The position numbers were made by a program, and so were the translations under genes. From positions 1,519 through 65,518 of the forward strand of contig CAZWQT010000002.1 in the NCBI GenBank assembly GCA_964635945.1: DNA of 64,000 bases, given 5' to 3'. Under the pieces are notes generated by a model. It did not search any database, was not told the origin of the DNA, and was given only the letters and a program-made list of their open reading frames with translations. This document shows, in pieces, positions 20,202-31,047 of this stretch. This stretch comes from an uncultured Akkermansia sp. (GTDB taxonomy: Bacteria; Verrucomicrobiota; Verrucomicrobiia; Methylacidiphilales; Verrucolacustridaceae). Every line of letters starts with the position of its first letter. The first letter of the stretch is position 1.

Positions 20202-21944
20202 ATGAGTCAAAAGATCCGCCTCTTGGCGGAAGTGGTGGCGAACCGGATCGCCGCCGGAGAGGTGGTGGAGCGGCCGGCCTCGGTGGTCAAAGAGTTGGTC
20301 GAAAACTCCCTGGATGCCGGAGCGAAAAAAATAGAGATTTCCGTAGAGCGGGGGGGTCGGTCGCTCATCCGGGTGATTGATGATGGCTGCGGGATGGGGC
20401 CAGAGGATGCGTTGCTGGCTCTGGAGCGTCACGCTACCAGCAAGATCCGGGATGCGGGGGATCTGATGAAAATCCAGACCTTTGGCTTTCGCGGGGAGGC
20501 CCTGCCCAGCATTGCCTCGGTCAGTCGCTTCACGCTGAAAACTCGGGAACCGGATGCGGTGGAGGGGACGGAGGTGGTGATTGATGGGGGTAAGGTGGTG
20601 CGGGCGGGGAAGGTGGGTTGCCCGGCGGGGACCAGCATCGAGGTCCGACAGCTGTTTGCCCATGTGCCGGGACGGCGGAAATTTTTACGGACGGAGGAGA
20701 CGGAGTGGAGCCACATTGAACAAGGAGTCCGGCTGGCAGCACTGGCCCGGCCGGAAGTGGGTTGGGTCCTGCGCCGGGATGGAGCGGTCTTTTGGCAGGA
20801 CACCGCCCGCCAGGCCTTGGAAGAGCGGATGGCAGCGGTGTTTGGGCGGGATTGGAAAGAGACCTTTTTGGAAATCGACACGGAGGACGGGGGGATGCGC
20901 CTCCATGGGTATCTCGGGCGGCCTGGAGTCAACCGCGCGACGCGGGCCGAGCAGATTCTTTTCGTAAACGCCCGCCCGGTGCAGAGCGGCAGCCTCAACC
21001 ATGCCTTGCTCGAGGGGTACCACAACGCCCTCATGAGGGGTCGCTACCCGGTGACAGTTTTATTCCTGGAGATGGATCCGTGCGGGTTGGATGTGAACGT
21101 CCATCCCGCCAAACGTGAGGTCAGGTTTCGCCAGGATGGAGATGTGCGGAGGTTTGTTTCGGGGGCGGTGGCGGAAGTCCTGCGGGGCGGTTCGGTGGGG
21201 CCGTTGCCGATGCCCACGGTAACCACAAACGGTTTTTCCCCGGCGCTAACCTTTGCCCCCACACCTTCCCAACCCGCCACCACGGTTCCGGGGCGGGCAC
21301 CGATTGCGGTGGCAACGGGAGGATCTCTGGGTCTTGAAGTGGAGAGTGCGCCCGGTATTCCGGCGGGCTGGCGTTTCCTCGGGGTGGTGGATCATCTTTA
21401 CCTCGTGGCTGAAAAAGAGGGCGGGGTGGTGTTGGTTGATCAGCATGCGGCCCATGAGAGGATTCTTTTCGAGCAGCTTCTCCGGCAAGTGGCCCAAGAG
21501 GAGATACAGAGTCAGAGACTGCTTTATCCGGTCACCATCGAATTTCCTCCCGTGCAGGCGGCTTTTCTGAAAAACCGAACGGAAGAACTGGGGAAGGTCG
21601 GGCTGGGAATTTCCGCGCTGGGGGGCAACACATTTTTGGTGGATGCCCTGCCCCCGCGAGTCCGGACGCTGGCCGTGGAGGAGTTTGTCCGGGGAGTGGT
21701 GGCGGACCTGGAAAAAGGGGGGTCGTCTATAAAGAAGGACCGACGCTTGAGCGAGGAGGTGATTGCCAAAACGGTCTGCCAACATGCGGTGAAGGCGAAT
21801 GACCGGCTTCATGACGCTGAGGCGGTCCGGTTGCTCGCTGACCTTTTGGCCTGCGAACTCCCGTACACCTGCCCGCATGGGCGGCCGACGATGATTTTGT
21901 GGAGCAAGGCAGAACTGGAGAAGAAGTTCGGCCGGGCGGGTTGA
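20202..21944 (+). CDS. mutL: DNA mismatch repair endonuclease MutL
   Basis: IAAGEVVERPASVVKELVEN, GFRGEAL, DQHAAHERILFE, CPHGRP. Confidence 0.97.
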   Translation: MSQKIRLLAEVVANRIAAGEVVERPASVVKELVENSLDAGAKKIEISVERGGRSLIRVIDDGCGMGPEDALLALERHATSKIRDAGDLMKIQTFGFRGEALPSIASVSRFTLKTREPDAVEGTEVVIDGGKVVRAGKVGCPAGTSIEVRQLFAHVPGRRKFLRTEETEWSHIEQGVRLAALARPEVGWVLRRDGAVFWQDTARQALEERMAAVFGRDWKETFLEIDTEDGGMRLHGYLGRPGVNRATRAEQILFVNARPVQSGSLNHALLEGYHNALMRGRYPVTVLFLEMDPCGLDVNVHPAKREVRFRQDGDVRRFVSGAVAEVLRGGSVGPLPMPTVTTNGFSPALTFAPTPSQPATTVPGRAPIAVATGGSLGLEVESAPGIPAGWRFLGVVDHLYLVAEKEGGVVLVDQHAAHERILFEQLLRQVAQEEIQSQRLLYPVTIEFPPVQAAFLKNRTEELGKVGLGISALGGNTFLVDALPPRVRTLAVEEFVRGVVADLEKGGSSIKKDRRLSEEVIAKTVCQHAVKANDRLHDAEAVRLLADLLACELPYTCPHGRPTMILWSKAELEKKFGRAG

Positions 21945-23096
21945 ATGGCCGGAGAGCGGATCTTTCTTGATCATGCCACGGGCGGACCGCTTTCATCGGC
22001 GGCACGGATTGCGCTGGAAAAGGTTTTATCGGGTCACGGGGCAACGCCAGGAGGTGGCCACCGGGAGGCTAGGGAGTCCCGGGAAATTCTTGAGGCGGCA
22101 AGAATGCAGGTCGCGGGATTTCTTAAAACAGAAGAGCCGGAGCGGGCGGTGTTCACTTCCGGAGGAACGGAAGCCGTGCAGTCAGCCATCCGGGGATGGG
22201 GAGAGGCCGCCGGCAAGGGCACGGTCTATCTCAGCGAAATGGAGCATCCCGCGGTGGAGTCGGCCGTCCGGCGGCTGATGAATTCCGGTTTTTTCGTGGT
22301 TCGGATTCCAACGGATGGGGAGGGGAGGTTGCAGTGGAAAAAGGTGAAATCGAACGGACCAGGTTTGGTTTGCGTGCATTTGGCCCATCACGACCTTGGA
22401 ACGGTGCAGGATTTGAAACAGGCGGCGATTTTTGCGAAGGAGGTCAAGGCGGGCCTGTTTGTGGATGCGACCTTTGGGGCTGGGTGGGTGGAGTTACCGG
22501 AAGGATTGGAGGGGGTGGACCTCTTGGCGGTCTCGGGTCATCGGTTAGGCGGACCGAAGGGAGCGGGGTTTTTGTGGATCCGACCTGGCTTCCCATGGAA
22601 AGCCCAGTCGGAAGGGGGGCGGCAGGAAAATGACCAGCGGGCGGGCACGGAGAATTTGCCGGCCATTGCCGGATTGGGGGCTGTGCTCGGAGAGTGGATG
22701 AAATGCGGGGCCACTTTCCGTAGCCAAGCCCAGGAGGCCCAGCAGGCCTTTTTGGATGGTGTCCTGAACAAGGTTCCCGAAGCCAAACTTCATGGGCCTA
22801 AACCGGGGGCGGCACGGAGCCCGGCACATCTGGGAATCAGCTTTGCGGGTTTTGAGGCAGAGTCGTTGGCGCTGGTGCTGGACCGAGTTGGCGTGGCGGC
22901 GAGGGGAGGTAGCGGCTGTGTAACCAGAGAGATGAAGATTCCTCCGGCGATGAAGGCCATCGGGGCCAAACCTGAAGAGGCGCGAGCGCTGATTCTTTTT
23001 ACATTAGGTGTCGGGACGAAGGCGTCCGAGATGGCGGCAGCAGCCGAGCGGGTCCAGCAGGCGGTGCAGAAGCTGAAAGCGGCCATGCCGCAATAA
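21945..23096 (+). CDS. NifS/IscS-like cysteine desulfurase homolog lacking the PLP lysine
   Basis: FTSGGTEA, EHPAV, SGHRLGGPKG (canonical SGHK), RAGTEN, GGSGC. Confidence 0.88.
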   Translation: MAGERIFLDHATGGPLSSAARIALEKVLSGHGATPGGGHREARESREILEAARMQVAGFLKTEEPERAVFTSGGTEAVQSAIRGWGEAAGKGTVYLSEMEHPAVESAVRRLMNSGFFVVRIPTDGEGRLQWKKVKSNGPGLVCVHLAHHDLGTVQDLKQAAIFAKEVKAGLFVDATFGAGWVELPEGLEGVDLLAVSGHRLGGPKGAGFLWIRPGFPWKAQSEGGRQENDQRAGTENLPAIAGLGAVLGEWMKCGATFRSQAQEAQQAFLDGVLNKVPEAKLHGPKPGAARSPAHLGISFAGFEAESLALVLDRVGVAARGGSGCVTREMKIPPAMKAIGAKPEEARALILFTLGVGTKASEMAAAAERVQQAVQKLKAAMPQ

Positions 23097-23193
23097 GCCG
23101 CGACCTCGAGACAGCCCGTTTTGATTGTGTTCCGCCGGGACGTCAGGCCCTACCAGGATTGGATTGTGAAATAAAAACAGGCAGAGTGAGGTA

Positions 23194-24252
23194 ATGAGTG
23201 GCAACAGTTGGCGGGACGAGGTGGTGACGAGACTCAAGGGGGTGAAGTACCCTGGTTTCAGTCGCGACATCGTCTCATTCGGCCTTGTGCAGGACGTCTC
23301 CCTGGAAGGAGCGGATCTTAAATTAAGACTCAAACTGACCACTCCTGATCCGGCGATCCCGGCAAAGATTGGCCAAGAGATTCGAGACGTTCTCAAGGGC
23401 TATGCCCCGGTAAAAAGCGTGACCATTGAGACGGAGGTAGCGCCACCGCAGGCCACCGCCACTACGGGCCCGCAGGGAATACCGGGAGTAAAAAAGATCA
23501 TCGCCGTGGCGAGCGGTAAGGGCGGCGTGGGGAAGTCCACCGTGGCGGCAAACTTGGCGGTGCAGTTGGCAAAGGATGGGCTGAAGGTGGGTCTTTGCGA
23601 CTGTGATCTCTATGGGCCAAGTCAGGCACTGATGCTTGGCTGTCGGGAAGGCTTAAAGGTCGAGGAAGGGACGGAGCGGATCTTTCCGGCTGAGGTGCAT
23701 GGGGTGAAGTTGATGAGCATGGGAATGTTGTTGGGTGATGACAGTCCAGCGGCCCTGCGCGGTCCCATGGTGACGCGCTTTACCCAACAATTTCTCCGTC
23801 AGGTGGCCTGGGACGACCTGGACGTTCTGGTGTTGGACTTGCCTCCGGGGACAGGCGACATCCAATTAACAATCGTGCAGACCGTGGCACTGGACGGGGC
23901 CTTGATTGTGACGACCCCGCAAGAGGTGGCGCTGATCGATGCCCGTAAGGCCATCGCCATGTTCCGAAAGGTTCATGTGACGATTTTAGGCTTAGTGGAG
24001 AATATGAGTTATTTCACGCCTCCGGGCTCGAAAGAGAAACATACCATTTTTGGAAGCGGGGGTGGTGCCAAGGAGGCGGAAAGGCAGAAAGTCTCCCTTC
24101 TGGCAGAGATTCCCCTGGACCCCCAGGCCCGTGCGGGGGGGGACGAGGGCGTGCCAGCGGTTTTGCTGGGAGACGCTGCTTCCTCAGCCCCCGTTTTCCG
24201 GGAGTTGGCCCAAGCGGTTAAAAAAGTCCTCTTTCCAAGTATCTTCCTGTAA
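23194..24252 (+). CDS. mrp: Mrp/NBP35 (ApbC) P-loop ATPase with N-terminal DUF59/MIP18 domain
   Basis: SGKGGVGKST, DLPPGTGD, TTPQ, ENMS; CxxC absent. Confidence 0.94.
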   Translation: MSGNSWRDEVVTRLKGVKYPGFSRDIVSFGLVQDVSLEGADLKLRLKLTTPDPAIPAKIGQEIRDVLKGYAPVKSVTIETEVAPPQATATTGPQGIPGVKKIIAVASGKGGVGKSTVAANLAVQLAKDGLKVGLCDCDLYGPSQALMLGCREGLKVEEGTERIFPAEVHGVKLMSMGMLLGDDSPAALRGPMVTRFTQQFLRQVAWDDLDVLVLDLPPGTGDIQLTIVQTVALDGALIVTTPQEVALIDARKAIAMFRKVHVTILGLVENMSYFTPPGSKEKHTIFGSGGGAKEAERQKVSLLAEIPLDPQARAGGDEGVPAVLLGDAASSAPVFRELAQAVKKVLFPSIFL

Positions 24253-24322
24253 GCGGTTTAAATTGTAACCCTTTTGACATATCCCCTTGCAGGTTAGAAA
24301 CAGGCCTGCAAGGTAACTAGTA

Positions 24323-24565
24323 ATGAGCAATGCGGGCGTTCCCAGCCTTGCGACCGATCCGAATGCGGTCTTTAGAAATTCTGCTTTGTACCGAGAGTTC
24401 CTGCTGGAGAGGGAAGAGATCTTAAAGCACAAGTGGTATCTCAGTGAGCAGGCAGGGTCGGATGTGGGTTTTGAAAAAGCGCTTTTGGACTGGATTGTAA
24501 AACACCGGGCCCAGTGGCGGTCTCAACGGGAGAAAGAGATCGCCAAAGAGCGGCCTGCGGGTTAG
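24323..24565 (+). CDS. Small conserved protein, DUF4032-like
   Basis: EILKHKWYLSEQAGSDVGFEKALLDW motif. Confidence 0.8.
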   Translation: MSNAGVPSLATDPNAVFRNSALYREFLLEREEILKHKWYLSEQAGSDVGFEKALLDWIVKHRAQWRSQREKEIAKERPAG

Positions 24566-24587
24566 CAGATTTTCGACGCATCACGCG

Positions 24588-26092
<1,505 letters not shown>

Positions 26093-26096
<4 letters not shown>

Positions 26097-27382
26097 GCGA
26101 AATTCTCCTGCAAGGCGGACGGATTCTAGATCCGGCAACGAAACGGGATGTAACGGGCGATCTTTTCCTGAAAGACGGTAAAGTTTCCACTGGAAAACCT
26201 TCGCCTCACGCGGTGGTGGTTAAGGTGGATGGGCTCGTGGTGACGCCGGGCCTGATCGATCCGCACGTTCACCTGCGGGAGCCCGGACAGTCGGCCAAGG
26301 AAACCATTGCGACCGGGACCGCCGCGGCCGTCGCGGGCGGTTTTACCTCGCTCCTTGCGATGCCCAACACCTCGCCTGTGGCCGACGGGCCGAACACGAT
26401 TGCCTGGATGCGGCAAAGGGCCAAGGAAACCGGTGTGGCCAACGTTTTTCCGACCGGGGCCATTTCTCTCATGCAAAAAGGGGAGGCCTTGGCTCCGATT
26501 GGGGCGTTGCGGCAGGCCGGCGTCGTTGCGATCACTGATGACGGCCACTGCATTCAGAGTGCGGAACTGATGCGGCGGGCCCTCGAGTACGCGCGGATGT
26601 TTGATCTGCCGGTGCTGGACCACTGCGAGGACAAGAGCCTTTCCGCCGGCGGGGTGATGAACGAGGGGAAGTGGTCGCGGATTCTCGGCCTGCCTGGATG
26701 GCCGGGCATCGCGGAGGAAGTGATCGTGGCGCGGAATGCGCTGTTGGCCGAACTGACGGGGGCCCGGGTGGTGTGCCAACATCTGAGTTCGGCGGGTTCG
26801 GTCCGGATTCTGAGAGAAGCGCGGGCCCGAGGGGTGCGGATCGATGGGGAAGCCTCGCCGCATCACCTCTGTCTGACGGATGAACTGGTGGAGGGGTATG
26901 ACACGAACTTTAAAATGAACCCGCCCTTGCGTACGGCGGTTGACGTCAAGGCGGTCCGGGAAGCTGTGGCGGACGGCACCATCCGGTTTTTGGCGACCGA
27001 CCATGCCCCGCATTGCTCCTATGAGAAGGAGGTGGAATTTGACGAGGCGCCATTCGGGGTGGTGGGTCTGGAAACAGCCCTGGGGGTGTATTTGACCGAA
27101 CTCGTCCACAGGCACCGGGTCCCGCTCATGGAAGTAGTTGCCAAGATGACCCAGATTCCATCCGATTACTTCGGCTTAGGCCGGGGCTCTTTGCAGAATG
27201 GTGCGCCGGCGGATGTAACGGTGATCGATCTTGAGCGAAAATGGATTGTCCAGAAGGATGAGTTCCGCAGCCGGAGCCGAAACACGCCGTTCGAGGGGCG
27301 GGAGCTAAAAGGCCGGGCGGTGTTCACAATTGTTGGGGGAGAAATCCGGCACGACCTCGACGGGCGGGCTCCCCAAAAGTAG
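26093..27382 (+). CDS. pyrC: Dihydroorotase (class I)
   Basis: DPHVHLREPG, MPNT, KMNPPLR, ATDHAPH. Confidence 0.96.
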
Positions 27383-27391
27383 GTTTCCCTG

Positions 27392-28531
27392 ATGGAAGGC
27401 ATGATTGGATTGGAGGATGGGACAATCCTGCGGGGGCGTGGTTTCGGCCAGGAGGGGTGGGTGGCGGCGGAGATGTGCTTCAACACCTCCATGACGGGGT
27501 ATGAAGAGATTTTAACCGATCCGAGTTACCGCGGGCAGGTAGTGGCGTTGACGTGCCCGGAAATCGGAAACACCGGAATCAATCCTGAGGATGAGGAGTC
27601 TGACCGGGTACAGGTGGCCGGGCTGGTGGTGCGAAGACTTTCCCGCCGAGCCAGCAGTTGGCGAAACCGGGAGAGCCTGGAAACCTACCTGAGGCGCCAC
27701 AAGGTGCCGGCGTTGGAGGGGGTGGATACGCGGGCCTTGACGAGAAAATTACGGATGCAGGGGGCGATGAAAGGGGTTTTGGCGACCAACGGAATGTCCG
27801 GAGAAGAAGCCGTGCGTAAAGCGAGGGAGTGGGTTGGTCTGGGGGGTACGGATTACGTGGGTGAGGTGACCTGTAAAAATTCCTTTGAGTGGGATCCGAA
27901 AGGAATGGATTTCCCCGGCAAGCTGGGGCCTGAGACCAGGAACATGCCTGCCGTCCGCCATAGGGTGGCGGCCATCGACTGCGGAATGAAAAGGAACATT
28001 CTGCGACTGTTGCGGGCGCAGGGAATTCAACCGGTGGTTTTTCCTGCGAAGGCACGGGCGGACGAGATTTTGAAGGCAAAAGTGGACGGCGTGTTTCTTT
28101 CCAATGGGCCGGGAGATCCATCCGTGCCGACCTATGTGCACGCCACGGTCCGGGAGTTGATCGGGAAGAAACCGATTTTCGGCATCTGTCTCGGACACCA
28201 GATGCTCGCCCACGCCTTGGGGGCAAAGACTTATAAGCTGAAGTTCGGCCACCGGGGAGGGAACCAACCGGTGAAGGATCTGGGTTCGGGAAAGGTATCC
28301 ATCACCAGTCAAAACCATGGATATGCAGTCGATCCTCAAACCCTGCCGGCGGGCAAAGTGGTGGTCACGCATGTGAACCTCAATGACGGAACCTGTGAGG
28401 GCATCCGACTTGTGTCCGGCGAGGCTTTCTCCGTGCAGTACCATCCGGAAGCAGCCCCGGGACCGCACGATGCGTCTTATTTTTTCCGGCAATTTGCCGA
28501 CCTGCTGGACGCGGCGGGGAAAAAGCGATAG
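27392..28531 (+). CDS. carA: Carbamoyl-phosphate synthase small subunit
   Basis: FNTSMTGY, TDPSY, SNGPGDP, GICLGHQ, QYHPEA. Confidence 0.97.
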   Translation: MEGMIGLEDGTILRGRGFGQEGWVAAEMCFNTSMTGYEEILTDPSYRGQVVALTCPEIGNTGINPEDEESDRVQVAGLVVRRLSRRASSWRNRESLETYLRRHKVPALEGVDTRALTRKLRMQGAMKGVLATNGMSGEEAVRKAREWVGLGGTDYVGEVTCKNSFEWDPKGMDFPGKLGPETRNMPAVRHRVAAIDCGMKRNILRLLRAQGIQPVVFPAKARADEILKAKVDGVFLSNGPGDPSVPTYVHATVRELIGKKPIFGICLGHQMLAHALGAKTYKLKFGHRGGNQPVKDLGSGKVSITSQNHGYAVDPQTLPAGKVVVTHVNLNDGTCEGIRLVSGEAFSVQYHPEAAPGPHDASYFFRQFADLLDAAGKKR

Positions 28532-28540
28532 GCGTGTCCC

Positions 28541-29035
28541 ATGGCGAGACTGGTTTCCGAAAGTAAAGAGTTTCCCGGTTTGAGTGTTGAACTGGCGGGT
28601 CCTAAAGCCGGGGTCGGTCGGGCGGACGGTAATGAGTTGCAAATTCTTCACGGCAGCGTTTCCTCCCGTCATGCGGAGTTGGTGCTCGATGGTCCGGAGT
28701 ATCGGGTGAGGGATTTGGATTCAACAAATGGCACGCGGGTGAACGACGAGAAGATCACCGAGGCGATGTTACAGGACCGGGATCGTGTGCAGTTTGGGCA
28801 AATCCCGTTTCGTTATGAAGGGTCAGTTCCCCGGGTTGCCTTGGCCCTGCCGGCGTCCGGCACGGCCCTTCAGGCGGAAATTGCGCTGGATCTTGGAATT
28901 CCCGAGAACTTTCGTAACTTGTCGCCCATCAAGGGGAAGGGGAGGAAAACAAACCCTAACTTGCTGCTTTTCGCGGCGGCAATCTTTGCCCTTTTCGGGA
29001 TGGCTTTTTATGTGTTTCGGATGATCACGGGTTAA
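28541..29035 (+). CDS. FHA-domain membrane protein
   Basis: VGR..SVSSRHA..DLDSTNGT; C-terminal TM helix. Confidence 0.9.
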   Translation: MARLVSESKEFPGLSVELAGPKAGVGRADGNELQILHGSVSSRHAELVLDGPEYRVRDLDSTNGTRVNDEKITEAMLQDRDRVQFGQIPFRYEGSVPRVALALPASGTALQAEIALDLGIPENFRNLSPIKGKGRKTNPNLLLFAAAIFALFGMAFYVFRMITG

Positions 29036-29068
29036 AAACAAAAAATTATTTTTTTTCGTAACACGGTG

Positions 29069-29098
29069 TTGACACCTGGACGGGCCGACTGGCATGCT
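29069..29098 (+). promoter_or_regulatory. Putative promoter of the tRNA-Thr-tuf supercluster
   Basis: A/T-rich UP tract at 29036-29056, TTGACA-18 bp-CATGCT with an extended TG. Confidence 0.65.
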
Positions 29099-29104
29099 CA
29101 TAAG

Positions 29105-29204
29105 TTCCTAGTTGACACAATTATCTGCCCAAGTCGCAAGGCTCGGAGCAGGTTTCGTGCCGACTAGGAAACGCCGGGCGAAACCCGGAACCCTCTTGGG
29201 TTCC
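29105..29204 (+). ncRNA. Candidate structured leader RNA upstream of tRNA-Thr
   Basis: 66-nt irregular hairpin with GCAA tetraloop plus two short hairpins (paired by hand). Confidence 0.45.
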
Positions 29205-29209
29205 AACTC

Positions 29210-29282
<73 letters not shown>

Positions 29283-29377
29283 CGGCCGCGATGAAACCCC
29301 GGGCGGGGACATCGACGGCGGGCTCGTACCCGGCGAACCCGAGAGGCAGTCCACCCGAGCAAGGAGAAACAAGAGTT

Positions 29378-30571
29378 ATGGCGAAAGAGGCATTCAATCG
29401 TTCCAAACCCCACGTCAACGTCGGCACGATCGGTCACGTTGACCACGGGAAAACCACTTTGACCGCAGCCATCACCACGATCCTTGCGAAGAAGGGTCTG
29501 GCCGAGGCACGCGCCTATGACCAGATCGACAACGCGCCTGAGGAAAAGGAGCGCGGGATCACAATCAATACTTCCCACGTCGAGTATGCGACCGACAACC
29601 GTCACTATGCCCACGTCGATTGCCCGGGTCACGCGGACTACGTCAAAAACATGATCACTGGCGCCGCCCAGATGGACGGGGCAATCCTGGTGGTGAGCGC
29701 GGCGGATGGCCCGATGCCCCAAACCCGCGAGCACATCCTGCTTGCCCGCCAGGTCGGCGTGCCTGCTCTCGTCGTTTTCCTGAACAAGGTGGACATGGTG
29801 GACGACAAGGACCTGCTGGATCTCGTGGAGGTGGAGGTTCGTGAACTTCTTTCGAAGTACGAGTTTCCCGGCGACAAGATCCCGATCATCAAGGGCAGTG
29901 CGCTGAAGGCGCTGGAGTCCGGCGATCCGAAGAGCGACGCCGCCAAGCCGATCCTCGAGCTCATGGAAGCGGTGGACAAATACATCCCCATCCCCGAGCG
30001 GCCGAAGGATCAGCCCTTCCTCATGCCGGTGGAGGACGTGTTCAACATTGAAGGCCGTGGCACCGTGGTGACCGGCCGTGTGGAGCGTGGCGTCCTCAAG
30101 AAGATGGAGGAGGTCGAAATCGTTGGGATTAAGCCCACGGTGAAGACCGTGGTCACAGATATCGAAATGTTCCGCAAGCTCCTGGATACCGCCGAAGCGG
30201 GCGACAATGTCGGCCTGCTGCTCCGCGGCACCAAGAAGGAGGATGTGGAGCGTGGACAGGTCATCGCCAAGCCTGGGACGATCACTCCGCACACGAAATT
30301 CAAAGCCACCGTCTACGTCCTGAGCAAGGACGAGGGCGGCCGCCACACCCCGTTCTTCAACGGGTACCGGCCGCAGTTCTACTTCCGGACGACCGACGTG
30401 ACCGGCGTCGTCACGCTCAAAGCGGGCGTGGAGATGGTCATGCCGGGCGACAACGTCGACATCGAGGTCGAGCTGATCACGCCGATCGCGATGGAGAAGC
30501 AGATTCGCTTCGCCATCCGCGAGGGCGGCAAAACGGTCGGCGCCGGCCGGGTCACGGAAATCCTGAAGTAA
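29378..30571 (+). CDS. tuf: Elongation factor Tu
   Basis: [35 protein letters not shown]; SD AAGGAG. Confidence 0.99.
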   Translation: MAKEAFNRSKPHVNVGTIGHVDHGKTTLTAAITTILAKKGLAEARAYDQIDNAPEEKERGITINTSHVEYATDNRHYAHVDCPGHADYVKNMITGAAQMDGAILVVSAADGPMPQTREHILLARQVGVPALVVFLNKVDMVDDKDLLDLVEVEVRELLSKYEFPGDKIPIIKGSALKALESGDPKSDAAKPILELMEAVDKYIPIPERPKDQPFLMPVEDVFNIEGRGTVVTGRVERGVLKKMEEVEIVGIKPTVKTVVTDIEMFRKLLDTAEAGDNVGLLLRGTKKEDVERGQVIAKPGTITPHTKFKATVYVLSKDEGGRHTPFFNGYRPQFYFRTTDVTGVVTLKAGVEMVMPGDNVDIEVELITPIAMEKQIRFAIREGGKTVGAGRVTEILK

Positions 30572-30643
30572 CTTTCAGGAACAACGAGACCGGTGGGAGG
30601 GGGCCTCGCTCCAAAAACGGGGCCCCACCAGCCGGACGGATGG

Positions 30644-30716
30644 AGGGCAGTAGCTCAATTGGTAGAGTAGCGGTCTCCAAAACCGTCGGTTGGGGGTTCG
30701 AGTCCCTCCTGCCCTG
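30644..30716 (+). tRNA. tRNA-Trp(CCA)
   Basis: Acceptor AGGGCAG/CTGCCCT, anticodon loop CTCCAAA, GGTTCGAGT; CCA not encoded. Confidence 0.97.
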
Positions 30717-30741
30717 CATCTGAACAAGGAGAAGGCAAAAC

Positions 30742-31044
30742 ATGGAAGCTTGGAAAATTGGTGGAAGTTGGCTGTGGACGGCGTTGGTGGGGGGATTGAC
30801 CCTCGCCATCGTTTTCCTGGCCTTCCGCTATCGCTCCTCCCTCGCCAAGTTTCTTGGCGAGGTGCGCGCGGAGCTGGCCAAATGTTCCTGGCCTTGGGAT
30901 CCGACCGAGACCGGTGTGAAAAAGTACCGGGAGTTGATCGATAGCACCGCGGTGGTGGCCACGACCACTCTGGTCTTGGCGGCCTACACCTCGGGCTTTG
31001 ACTATCTTATCACCCGCGTGGTCGGGTGGCTGGTGAAGTTTTAA
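30742..31044 (+). CDS. secE: Preprotein translocase SecE (two predicted TM helices)
   Basis: FLGEVRAELAKCSWP motif; lies before nusG. Confidence 0.92.
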   Translation: MEAWKIGGSWLWTALVGGLTLAIVFLAFRYRSSLAKFLGEVRAELAKCSWPWDPTETGVKKYRELIDSTAVVATTTLVLAAYTSGFDYLITRVVGWLVKF

Positions 31045-31047
31045 GGG

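Noticed and set aside
21945-23096. Calling the NifS-like gene a pseudogene
   Set aside because: Full-length frame without stops or shifts, tight spacing to mutL, and several motifs including the catalytic-loop Cys retained.
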